Shown: positions 23,901 through 34,969 of the stretch, piece by piece
Layout: the number at the start of each line of letters is the position of its first letter
Position numbering within the stretch: the stretch's first letter is position 1
From: Macrostomum hystrix
Lineage: Eukaryota > Animalia > Platyhelminthes
Reading direction: 5' to 3'
DNA length: 64,000 nt
Assembly: GCA_950097015.1 (NCBI GenBank)
Contig: CATNEN010000034.1
Location: 1,488,001 to 1,552,000, forward strand
Translations under genes and position numbers: made by a program
Notes under the pieces: model-generated
Told to the model about the DNA's origin: nothing
The model's database searches: none
The model's input: only the letters and a program-made list of their open reading frames with translations

Positions 23901-26900
23901 CTCAGTTCGCTAAAGATCAGTTTCCGCCCCCATTCTCAGTTCGCTAAAGATCAGTTTCCGCTCCCATTCTCAGTTCGCTAAAGATCAGTTTCCGCCCCAA
24001 TTCTCAGTTCGCTAAAGATCAGTTTCCGCCCCCATTCTCAGTTCGCTAAAGATCAGTTTCCGCCCCAATTCTCAGTTCGCTAAAGATCAGTTTCCGCCCC
24101 AATTCTCAGTTCGCTAAAGATCAGTTTCCGCCCCCATTCTCAGTTCGCTAAAGATCAGTTTCCGCTCCCATTCTCAGTTCGCTAAAGATCAGTTTCCGCC
24201 CCCATTCTCAGTTCGCTAAAGATCAGTTTCCGCCCCAATTCTCAGTTCGCTAAAGATCAGTTTCCGCTCCCATTCTCAGTTCGCTAAAGATCAGTTTCCG
24301 CCCCAATTCTCAGTTCGCTAAAGATCAGTTTCCGCCCCAATTCTCAGTTCGCTAAAGATCAGTTTTCCGCTCCCATTCTCAGTTCGCTAAAGATCAGTTT
24401 CCGCCCCAATTCTCAGTTCGCTAAAGATCAGTTTCCGCCCCCATTCTCAGTTCGCTAAAGATCAGTTTCCGCCCCAATTCTCAGTTCGCTAAAGATCAGT
24501 TTCCGCCCCCATTCTCAGTTCGCTAAAGATCAGTTTCCGCCCCAATTCTCAGTTCGCTAAAGATCAGTTTCCGCTCCCATTCTCAGTTCGCTAAAGATCA
24601 GTTTCCGCCCCAATTCTCAGTTCGCTAAAGATCAGTTTCCGCCCCCATTCTCAGTTCGCTAAAGATCAGTTTCCGCTCCCATTCTCAGTTCGCTAAAGAT
24701 CAGTTTCCGCCCCAATTCTCAGTTCGCTAAAGATCAGTTTCCGCCCCCATTCTCAGTTCGCTAAAGATCAGTTTCCGCCCCCATTCTCAGTTCGCTAAAG
24801 ATCAGTTTCCGCCCCCATTCTCAGTTCGCTAAAGATCAGTTTCCGCCCCCATTCTCAGTTCGCTAAAGATCAGTTTCCGGCCCAATTCTCAGTTCGCTAA
24901 AGATCAGTTTCGCCACTTTCTCAGTTCGCTAAAGATCAGTTTCCGCCCCCATTCTCAGTTCGCTAAAGATCAATTTCCGCCCCCATTCTCAGTTCGCTAA
25001 AGATCAGTTTCCGCCCCCATTCTCAGTTCGCTAAAGATCAGTTTCCGCCCCCATTCTCAGTTCGCTAAAGATCAGTTTCCGCCCCCATTCTCAGTTCGCT
25101 AAAGATCTGTTTCCGCCCCCATTCTCAGTTCGCTAAAGATCAGTTTCCGCCCCCATTCTCAGTTCGCTAAAGATCAGTTTCCGCCCCCATTCTCAGTTCG
25201 CTAAAGATCAGTTTCCGCCCCCATTCTCAGTTCGCTAAAGATCAGTTTCCGCCACTTTCTCAGTTCGCGAAGACACAACACAAAAGGGCAGGGCAAGTCG
25301 AGCCTCGGAGGGCCACCTTTGGCGCCGAACAGAACCGTCGCGGTGGCCAACGCGCTGTCCTCCCTCCTTCATCGCGAGATGAGCAGGAGGAAGTGACGGA
25401 CCCGGGCTAAGTATATTAGCGACGATTCCATCAGTGCCAAGAGTGGGACTGTCAGCTCCGCGTGTCAGGGGGCAGGGTCAGGGGGCAGCAACTGGGACTC
25501 ACGTAGCTGCTCTCAAAGTGACAGGGCGCCGAGTTCTTGAAGTAGTTGGCCTCGTAGAAGTTGGCCGGGCACTGGTTGATGTCCATCTTGTCTAGCAGCA
25601 CGGTGACGGTGGTGACGCCTAGAAATTGCAGGCTTCTCTGCTCAGAGTAGCCAAAGAAGGGCGCTGCCACGGTGATGACCCAGCTATTCACGTGGCGACT
25701 ATTGGGGTCGCGGTTCCTATTGCAGTCAAAGTACGGCTTGGACCAGTACATATCGGCTAGCCTGGGCGCTTTGTAATACAATGGGAAGCGTTGAAACGGC
25801 TTCGAGTCGGTGCCGTTCAGATCCGAGCGCACGTAGGGCTTGTTGACGAAGGTCTCAAGGCCGTAGGTGTTGGAGGCCCAGCGCTGTTTGAGCACTCGAA
25901 ACCAGTCGCGCTCAAAGTACGCCCGTTCCAGCGACCAGCCGGCCGCGTCTTCGGCGATGAAGCTCAGCTGGCGCTGTTTCTGATCGCCGGCATCGTCCGC
26001 GGACACCTTGAACGCCGTGGGGCCGAAGTATTCAATGCGGCGCTTGAGCAGTGGATCCCAGAAGGCCTCCCGATCGAAGTAGATGCCGGCTGACCGGATC
26101 CAGCCGTCCGACATCACGGTGGAGTACACCTCGCCTAGCAGCTGGTCGCGGTTCAGATGCTTGTCGCTGTAAAACGGGCCGTAGACTTCGTCCGGGTTGA
26201 CGTTCTGCGAGAAGGCGCTGAGAAAGTGCGACAGGCGGAGAGCGCTGCGGGCTTGCACCTGCGGGATGGGCGGAGGCGGCTCCGGGTTCGAATCGAAGTC
26301 CTGATTCGAATCCTATTCAGGTTATACTGATCCTAAAACGCAACCCAAGACACACCTGAATCACTACCCAAGCCCACCTATATCTCCACTTTAGGTCCAC
26401 CTGAAGCTCCCCCACCCAAGCCACCTGAAGCCGGACCCAAGCCCAACCCAAGCCACACCTGAAGCTCCACCTGAAGCCCTACTCAAGCCCATCTGAAGCC
26501 CACCAAAGCCCACTCAAGTCACACCTGAAAGCTTGTCTCAGCGCCATAGCCGACCTCGCCAGGCAGCTCCAGCTCCTGGGGCGTCCTGGCGCCGCAGTTT
26601 TCAGGCGTAACTCCGGCCTTGAAACTCATGAGCTGCTTTGCCGCCTCGTACCGGCCCGAATCAAAGGTCGCCAGCCGGCCCAGGTAATGAATGTTCTGAT
26701 CGCCCAGATCGGCAGGTGTGGACACACTCCGTGTGGCCCTACTCAGCAGGCTGCTCACCAGACCGCCCAGCCGGCCTACAGGGCTCTTCTGCTGCCTGCC
26801 CAGTTCGCGGTCTCGCCGGTCGTGCTCGGATACTTTGTGCCGTAGGTCGGCAAGACCGCTGGCATTGTACAGGTTCATCAGGTGTACAATCTCGCGGGTC

Positions 26901-29900
26901 TCGTCAACCGATCGCTTTTTTCGCCGGCTATTAGGCGTGATGCCCCGCTCCGTCAGGCGCTGCAGCTTCCAATCGATTGGGATGCACTCAAATTTATCGG
27001 CCTCGGCCTCGGAGGCCTGCTCGATGTCCTGGCCGAGAAACGGCCCGTTCTGCCAGTAGGGATAACGATAGCCCGGCCGGCAGTGGCACAGGTAGCCGCC
27101 GCGTTGAAAGCCATAGCCGGGCAGAGGCTCGCACTGGCAGTTGGCAGTGAGATATATTACAATTTTTGCGCGATTTATTCTCCCTTCTCTACTTGTAAGT
27201 AGTGTGCTTAGAATTCATTATTTTATAAGTGGAAAAAATCTACGTCAATTTTACAACACAGAAACAAAATCTGCGAAAAGCAGCTTACAATCTCATTGAG
27301 AGATAAAAAAGAGAGGGGAGAAACTAGAGATTAGTAGAGGGGAGAGATCAGACAGGGGAGACAAGACAGGGGGAGATAAGACACTGCAGAGATGAGACAC
27401 GGAAGAGATGAGACACGGAAGAGATGAGACACGGAAGAGATGAGAGACGGCAGAGATGAGACACGGAAGAGATGAGACACGGCAGAGATGAGACACGGCA
27501 GAGATGAGACACGGGAGAGATGAGACACGGCAGAGATGAGACACGGCAGATATGAGACACGGGGGAGATGAGATTCGAGAAAATTGGTGCGGGGTGAGGC
27601 GAGCAAGCCGAATCTGGGCCGTGGGCCGGGGGCACCCGACCCAGCAACGGGGCTGGCACACAACTTACCGCAATACTCTAGTGAGCAGAGCAAACCGCCT
27701 CAGTGGAGCAGGCGGTTTGGGAAGCAGCGGCGGCCAAGCGGGGGCTCCCCTCAGGGCCAGCCCTTCAACTTTATATCCCCCTGCCAGGCACAGCCGACCG
27801 CCTCATCCTCCGCCGATTCTCCCACCCAGACTCCCACATGGAGAACTGGCGGCAAGGCCGGCGGACTGTCTGGGAGGGTGAGGGAGGGGGCGCGAGGCTG
27901 GACTAGGCCAGGGTGCCGCGGGAAGGGACGGGAGTGAGGAGAGGGCCAGTGAGAGGGGATCGGGCATCGATCGATCCGAATATCCCCTGCGATTTCCAGC
28001 TTCCACCGCAGCAGCAGCAGCAGATTCGCCTTGCTCTCAACCAAATCCCTCTGCAAGTCAATGTCTGGTCGGTCTATCGTCATCGCTAATCCCAAACTCC
28101 CCTTTCCAAATCCCACGATGGGATCTCGCGAGAAACAGCCCAGAGATGAGGGAAGGGAGAAACAGGCTGGCGAATGAGACGTGTACAATGCTGTATAAGA
28201 CAGAAAAGGCTTAGGAGAATATGAGAGAGGGAGTGGGTGCATGTGTGTGCCTGCCTGTCTGTGTCAGATAGTCCAGAAAGCCAAACTAAGTAAAAAACTT
28301 GTTAGTTGGTTAGCCCTTGCAAGCAAAAACGGGGAAAAAAACTGGCAGTCTAGGAGAAAAACAGACAGGCTGGGAGAGAAACAGACAGGCTGGGAGAGAA
28401 ACAGATAGGCTGGGAGAGAAACAGATAGGCTGGGAGAGAAACAGACAGGCTGGGAGAGAAACAGACAGGCTGGGAGAGAAACAGACAGGCTGGGAGAGAA
28501 ACAGACAGGCTGGGAAAGAAACAGACAGGTTGGGAGACAAACTCACCAGGGTGGTACTGCGGCAGCGGGCCACGCCGCTGAAGTAGGTCCTGTCCTGCGA
28601 GTCAGGCGACCTGTCGCACGGATCGAAGTCGATGCGTAGAAAGTCAAGGTCCGTGACGGTGATGGCCACATATCTGCGCGCATTCAGAGTTGAATGGGAA
28701 TTATTAAGATGGGAATACGTAGTCGGATGGGATCCATTGTGGATGAAGCTTACAGAGATAATTGGGTTAGGACTGAAGCATTCGCTCTCGGCGGTCACTC
28801 GCTGCCCCCCCTCACCCCAAGGGAAATTTTCTGTAGAAAAATGGGTCGCTTCGCACGTTCATCTTTCCTACCATTCCACTCTCCCTCTCTATCAAGCAGT
28901 CTCTTTCCGATTGTCCCTATTTCTCTTTCATTTTATCTTCCTTTTCAAGACCGTCACTTGGCCCTTGGCCAGTTTCACACCACCCAGAGACTGTCTGACT
29001 GAATGAAAGAAGGGATTTTAACCAATCGATAAACCCTAACCTAGCCTTTCACGGAAGAGACAGAAAATTGCGCACGGTCGCTTCTAAAACTGCCCGAACT
29101 GTGGAAAATCCCATGGGATAGCTGCCCCAGCTGCATATGAGCCAAACTGTGTGATCAGGATTGGGTTTGGATTCTAGGAAATTAAATTGAGATGCGCACG
29201 ACAGATAAACGGGAATGAGTCAGATAGGGCTAGATTATCCAGCAATGCAGTTTCACAGGCTGCGGGTAGACTCTGCAGCTATTTTTTTAATAGATCTCAG
29301 ACATTCGGGACTAGATCTCTATGAGATTCGAGACTAGATCTCTATGAGATTAGAGACTAGATCTCTATGAGATTCGAGACTAGATCTCTATGAGATTAGA
29401 GACTCGATCTCTATGAGATTAAAGACTAGATCTCTATGAGATTAAAGACTAGATCTCTATGAGATTCGAGACTAGATCTCTATGAGATTCGAGACTAGAT
29501 CTCTATGAGATTAGAGACTAGATCTCTATAAGATTCGAGACTAGATCTCTATAAGATTCGAGAAAAGATCTCTATGAGATTCGAGACTAGATCTCTATGA
29601 GATTCGAGACTAGATCTCTATGAGATTCGAGACTAGATCTCTATGAGATTAGAGACTCGATCTCTATGAGATTCGAGACTAGATCTCTATGAGATTCGAG
29701 ACTAGATCTCTATGAGATTCGAGACTAGATCTCTATGAGATTAGAGTCCAGATCTCTATGAGATTCGAGAGTAGATCTCTATGAGATTAGAGACCAGATC
29801 TCTATGAGATTCGAGACCAGATCTCTATGAGATTCGAGAAAAGATCTCTATGAGATTCGGGACTAGATCTCTATGAGATTCGAGACAAGATCTCTATGAG

Positions 29901-32819
29901 ATTCGAGACTAGATCTCTATGAGATTAGAGACTAGATCTCTATGAGATTCGAGACTAGATCTCTATGAGATTAGAGACTAGATCTCTATGAGATTCGAGA
30001 CTAGATCTCTATGAGATTAGAGACTCGATCTCTATGAGATTAAAGACTAGATCTCTATGAGATTAAAGACTAGATCTCTATGAGATTCGAGACTAGATCT
30101 CTATGAGATTAGAGACTCGATCTCTATGAGATTAAAGACTAGATCTCTATGAGATTCGAGAAAAGATCTCTATGAGATTCGAGACTAGATCTCTATGAGA
30201 TTAGAGTCCAGATCTCTATGAGATTCGAGACTAGATCTCTATGAGATTAGAGACTAGATCTCTATAAGATTCGAGAAAAGATCTCTATGAGATTCGAGAC
30301 TAGATCTCTATGAGATTAGAGACTAGATCTCTATGAGATTCGAGAAAAGATCTCTATGAGATTCGAGAAAAGATCTCTATGAGATTAGAGTCCAGATCTC
30401 TATGAGATTCGAGACTAGATCTCTATGAGATTCGAGAAAAGATCTCTATGAGATTCGAGAAAAGATCTCTATGAGATTCGAGACTAGATCTCTATGAGAT
30501 TAGAGACCAGATCTCTATGAGATTAGAGACTAGATCTCTATGAGATTAGAGACTAGATCTATATGAGATTCGAGAATAGATCTTAATAAGATTCGAGAGA
30601 TCTCTATGAAAAATAGTATTATATTGTTTGTTGACGCGGCTTGAAGCAGCGATCTACTGATATTCGCGTCCTAATACCAGGTCATGCAAAATGGTTGCTG
30701 GGCTTACTGTGGCCTACGTAGCTTTAGCTCCGGACTGTAGCGAAACATGAAGTCGATGACTGGCGCCACCGCGCTAATGATCCACTTATTGGACCTGCCG
30801 CAGTCAAAGTAGGGCCTTGAAAAGTACACGGGCTGGTAGTTTTCGGAGATACCTGGCGAAGGCGGCCCGAAAAACTGCTTCTTGTGCAAAGGTATTGGAT
30901 CCATCTGGCCAATCTTGGTGGCGTTGTAGATTATGTAATCGTACTGATGCTTGCCCCTGTAGTCTGTCTTCGAATCCGGTATAAAATCGATGTCGTTGGA
31001 CACATCGCGAACCACCATGGAGTTTAGCGGGTGCCAAGGCGCAACGTAGTCATGGTCCGGACCAGAGCCGAGGTCGTTAACCTGTTCGTGATTGACATGT
31101 GTTAGCGTTGTTACCTGCTGAATTCCATCTCTAATCTTCTCTGCAATCTATTTTTTCTTTCGACTGCAAATTTAGTCTCCCATTCTACTCCACACTATGT
31201 CTCGTCTCCACTCCACTGTCTGTCCTCCTCTCTACTCCACACTATGTCTCTTCTCCACTCCACTGTCTGTCCTCCTCTCTACTCCACACTATGTCTCTTC
31301 TCCACTCCACTGTCTGTCCTCCTCTCTACTCCACACTATGTCTCTTCTCCACTCCACTGTCTGTCCCCCTCTCTACTCCACACTATGTCTCTTCTCCACT
31401 CCACTGTCTGTCCTCCTCTCTACTCCACACTATGTCTCTTCTCCACTCCACTGTCTGTCCTCCTCTCTACTCCACACTATGTCTCTTCTCCACTCCACTG
31501 TCTGTCCTCCTCTCTACTCCACACTATGTCTCTTCTCCACTCCACTGTCTGTCCTCCTCTCTACTCCACACTATGTCTCTTCTCCACTCCACTGTCTGTC
31601 CTCCTCTCTACTCCACACTATGTCTCTTCTCCACTCCACTGTCTGTCCTCCTCTCTACTCCACACTATGTCTCTTCTCCACTCCACTGTCTGTCCTCCTC
31701 TCTACTCCACACTATGTCTCTTCTCCACTCCACTGTCTGTCCCCCTCTCTACTCCACACTATGTCTCTTCTCCACTCCACTGTCTGTCCTCCTCTCTACT
31801 CCACACTATGTCTCTTCTCCACTCCACTGTCTGTCCCCCTCTCTACTCCACACTATGTCTCTTCTCCACTCCACTGTCTGTCCTCCTCTCTACTCCACAC
31901 TATGTCTCTTCTCCACTCCACTGTCTGTCCTCCTCTCTACTCCACACTATGTCTCTTCTCCACTCCACTGTCTGTCCTCCTCTCTACTCCACACTATGTC
32001 TCTTCTCCACTCCACTGTCTGTCCCCCTCTCTACTCCACACTATGTCTCTTCTCCACTCCACTGTCTGTCTCCCATTCTACTCCAGTCATTGTCCCTTTT
32101 ACTCCAGTCATTGTCCCTTTTACTCCAGTCATTGTCCCTTTTACTCCAGTCATTGTCCCTTTTACTCCAGTCATTGTCCCTCTACTCCAGTCATTGTCCC
32201 TCTACTCCAGTCATTGTCCCTCTCCGCCCACCTGAATAGTGTTGTTAGTGGGCTCCCTCAGCCAGTTAACAGGATCTTGATAATCATCAACAAGGAAGGC
32301 CTTGGGTCCAAACAGCGGGAGGGTGTTGTTGAACAGCAGAATGGTTGGATACCAGTTCGCGTACTGGGTGTGCGTGTCGAAGAGAACGCCTGAGCCGTTC
32401 ATCAGGCCGACGCTTGAGGAAACATCGGCGCTGGCGCCCAGATAATAATACAGCAGGCCCGGCAGCATGGGAAAATCCGTGACCTTGGACTCGTTGAGTC
32501 GCTGAAGGATGTACGAGTAAAAATAGGCCCTGTTCAAAGCTATGTTGTGCATGTGGATTAAGTTGGTCCGGTTAGGAAAGATCACAATCTGTGGCAGCAC
32601 GTTGAACTTTGGTCGTTGGCCAACCGCATTAGCTGGCAGCCTGAGTGACTCGATACTCTTTGATTTGCAATTGAATTCGTTCACCGTGTCCATCTTCTCC
32701 ATGATCTCGTCAAAGTTGTCCCGACCCATCCAGCGGTAGGGGCCAATGGCAATGCTGCCATGACCCAACAAGGCAACAATCGCAATTAGTGTTACTATGG
32801 CGATGCGCCCAAGTCCCAT
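20923..32819 (-). CDS. Secreted/GPI-type 912-aa protein with two tandem GPR158/GPR179-like Cache+EGF modules and no 7TM domain; 7 coding exons (32819-32232, 31081-30708, 28673-28547, 27133-26525, 26258-25503, 21949-21792, 21049-20923)
   Basis: All junctions are GT-AG, with phases 0,2,0,0,0,2 and a 2739-nt open frame. Signal peptide MGLGRIAIVTLIAIVALLGHGSIA. Module 1 has FSRPYFDCG..WIIS..P, DLDFLRIDFDPC and CEPLPGYGFQRGGYLCHCRPGY. Module 2 has WSKPYFDC..WVIT..PFFG..FLGV..LLDKMDINQC and CVPT..YKCECRQGY. These match the GPR158 ectodomain pattern (PYLEC..W.VT...FRGVMKVDINLQKVDIDQC...CMP..GAYECICKAGF). The protein ends MLKCREGAGSNLLPSRLTQLAALVMAIFVRWAAAPTAQF*. Confidence 0.88.
21150..21622. repeat. 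14-bp minisatellite GAGAGTGAATCTCC (degenerate), intron 6 of the twin-Cache gene
   Basis: Tandem units with TCTCC/TTTCT/TCTTC variants. Confidence 0.9.
22112..25268. repeat. 34-bp minisatellite AAGATCAGTTTCCGC(CCCC/TCCC/CCCA)ATTCTCAGTTCGCTA, ~93 copies, intron 5 of the twin-Cache gene
   Basis: Period of 34 with three interspersed single-base variants. Confidence 0.97.
26350..26520. repeat. Degenerate ACCTGAAGCCC-type repeat in intron 4 of the twin-Cache gene
   Basis: Recurrent CCTGAAGC/CCCAAGCC units running up to the donor at 26524. Confidence 0.6.
27388..27570. repeat. 16-bp minisatellite GAGATGAGACACGG(C/A)A, ~11 copies
   Basis: Direct tandem copies. Confidence 0.9.
28353..28537. repeat. 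20-bp minisatellite GGGAGAGAAACAGACAGGCT, ~9 copies
   Basis: Direct tandem copies abutting the minus-strand donor at 28546. Confidence 0.9.
29311..30607. repeat. 23-bp minisatellite CTAGATCTCTATGAGATT(C/A)GAGA, ~56 copies
   Basis: Period of 23 with several variant units. Confidence 0.95.
31185..32221. repeat. Compound array: 47-bp unit (CTACTCCACACTATGTCTCTTCTCCACTCCACTGTCTGTCCTCCTCT, ~19x) followed by a 21-bp unit (TACTCCAGTCATTGTCCCTTT, ~7x)
   Basis: Fills nearly all of intron 31082-32231. Confidence 0.95.
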
Positions 32820-34969
32820 GGCTGAAAGAAACAACAGTAATGCGAAAAATCAGTCCTTACATATACATCCTTAAATTGGCATAGAATAGCTACTTTGTAA
32901 GGACTTTTAAAGCATTTAAACTATACAAACATGTAGCCAATTTTTAGACAAATTTAGGCAAACAAAAAGTATATTAGTGAAAGAATTTGTGATGAAAACA
33001 CATTTATTTTAGCTAAAAAACAAAACTGTGTAAAACTGTTATTAAAAAGATCACACAGCCAACTTAGGTCAGTTAAAAATATTAAAAATATTTTAATCTA
33101 ATATACAATATTCTAATTAACTAAGGTATTTAACAATCTTACAAGCAGAAGTAATTTTGCATTAGCAATTGTAAAATCTGATTTAAACAAAAATAAGACA
33201 GCAAAAAATGGATTACAAAAATACACTGCCAATTTAATTGGGAGAAAATATTTTTTTGCCCATATTTCTATAATACACTATTACTATATAGTGTATATAG
33301 TGTAATTTAGTTCTTATTAGAGATGTAATCAGATCTTGTTTGGACAAGATCTAGGCATTTTGGTGATTTTAGGAGTTTTCATTTTTCAAAAAAGTAGACA
33401 CAAGATTTTAAAAAGTTGAATTTCAGACTTTCAATAATTCTGTATGAAGAAGCAGTAATTGATATAGTTGATTCATTTCATAGCTTTCTAAAGTTTTTAT
33501 CTATCCTCTTTCAATTTCAGAAGACAACTTTAATGATTTGTTAATTATGATATATACCATGTAAAGACTGAATTATGACCCAAGTGTGAAATGTTCCCAT
33601 CACACTAACGAAAAATGTATCTAACAAATGGCGTTATTAGCTTCATAGCCTTACCTTTCTGAAGAAGTGGAAATGTATGCTGATTGCTGAAAAATTTCAA
33701 TTTTACCTTACTTATGACCTCATTGACTCACTGACACATTAAAGCAATCAAGTTTAAAAATGTCATTTATTATTAAAAACATAGTCTGTTTTGTTAAATA
33801 GTTATTTTATTTATTATTATTCAAACTGGTGCATTTATCAGGATATAGTATATGAATATATTAGCTGATAGCAAGTATAAAAGCAAACAATTTTATGCTA
33901 AACATAAAACAATCCATCCAAACTTAATTATGTGTCTTGCTGTTTTGTTTTCTCTCACATTTCTGAACTTAAGGTTCTTGCATTTTATTGAATTGCATCT
34001 CAACCAAACTCAGATTTTTACACCTCTAGTTATTATCATTGTGCAGCTATTCTCCATGTTATGCATAATTCCTTTGTGGTATACTTTCTGATATTTTTAT
34101 AAATTTTGTTAAGATTCATGTCAATAATAAATATATTTTGTTGACTCCAAATAAGTTTCTTTGGAGGCAGACTTGACTGCTATTAGTGTTTTAAATGAAA
34201 TTATTTATTGGAAATACAAGAGTGTCATCTAAAGCATAAGATATTCAACTCCAGATTAAAAAATCAACACAGGGTTTCCATTTTCCAATAGCTAGCTATG
34301 TAGCTATGATAAGCTACAATTTTCTTTAATAAAAAAAGTTTTATAACACTTTCAAATGGTAATATATGAGCAGTAAAAACTATATATAAATATATATTCC
34401 TAGCTAAGTAGTTCGGGTAAAATTTGTGAGAAGCAGTTGTCACTTAGCATAGCAGTAGGCCTAACATAGTTTATAGTAGTGTACTGTAAGTTAAAGGTTC
34501 TTATATATTATAAAAGACAGCAGAAATAAAAACAATTTTCATATCATCTTAGTAATTCATCTTACTCTACATACCAAACTCGCAAATACAACAAATTCTT
34601 GAATCACGATACATAAGGAAATATAATAAGTCCTAGGCGGAAGGCTCGCATATTGAAAAAAGCGGATACAACTTTCAAGTCAAAAGGAGACAGTTATGCT
34701 TCTTTGGAATGGTTTAGTGTTGGAGCTTTCGCTGATAAAAAATCAAGTCATTTCAAGCAGCAAAGTTTTTCCTAAGGGCTAAAGTTAGCTGAAGGGCAAA
34801 ATTATTATTTGTTAATGTTAATGAAAATGCGATAACCAAAGAAGTATAGTTTCAAAGTATTCAAAGTTTTAATATTATCTGTAACTTAAGTTAAACCTCA
34901 TAAGCGCTAAATCTGTAAAGTCTCATAATTTTATTTTAAGTTCTATTGTGTAGTTGTGAGAAAATTAGT

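Noticed and set aside
22112-25268. 34-bp array as a possible CRISPR array
   Set aside because: No unique spacers, no cas genes, and a eukaryotic intron context; the same applies to the other arrays.
27691-27719. 10-bp perfect hairpin CAAACCGCCT/AGGCGGTTTG in an intron
   Set aside because: An isolated short stem with no supporting context; expected occasionally by chance in 64 kb.
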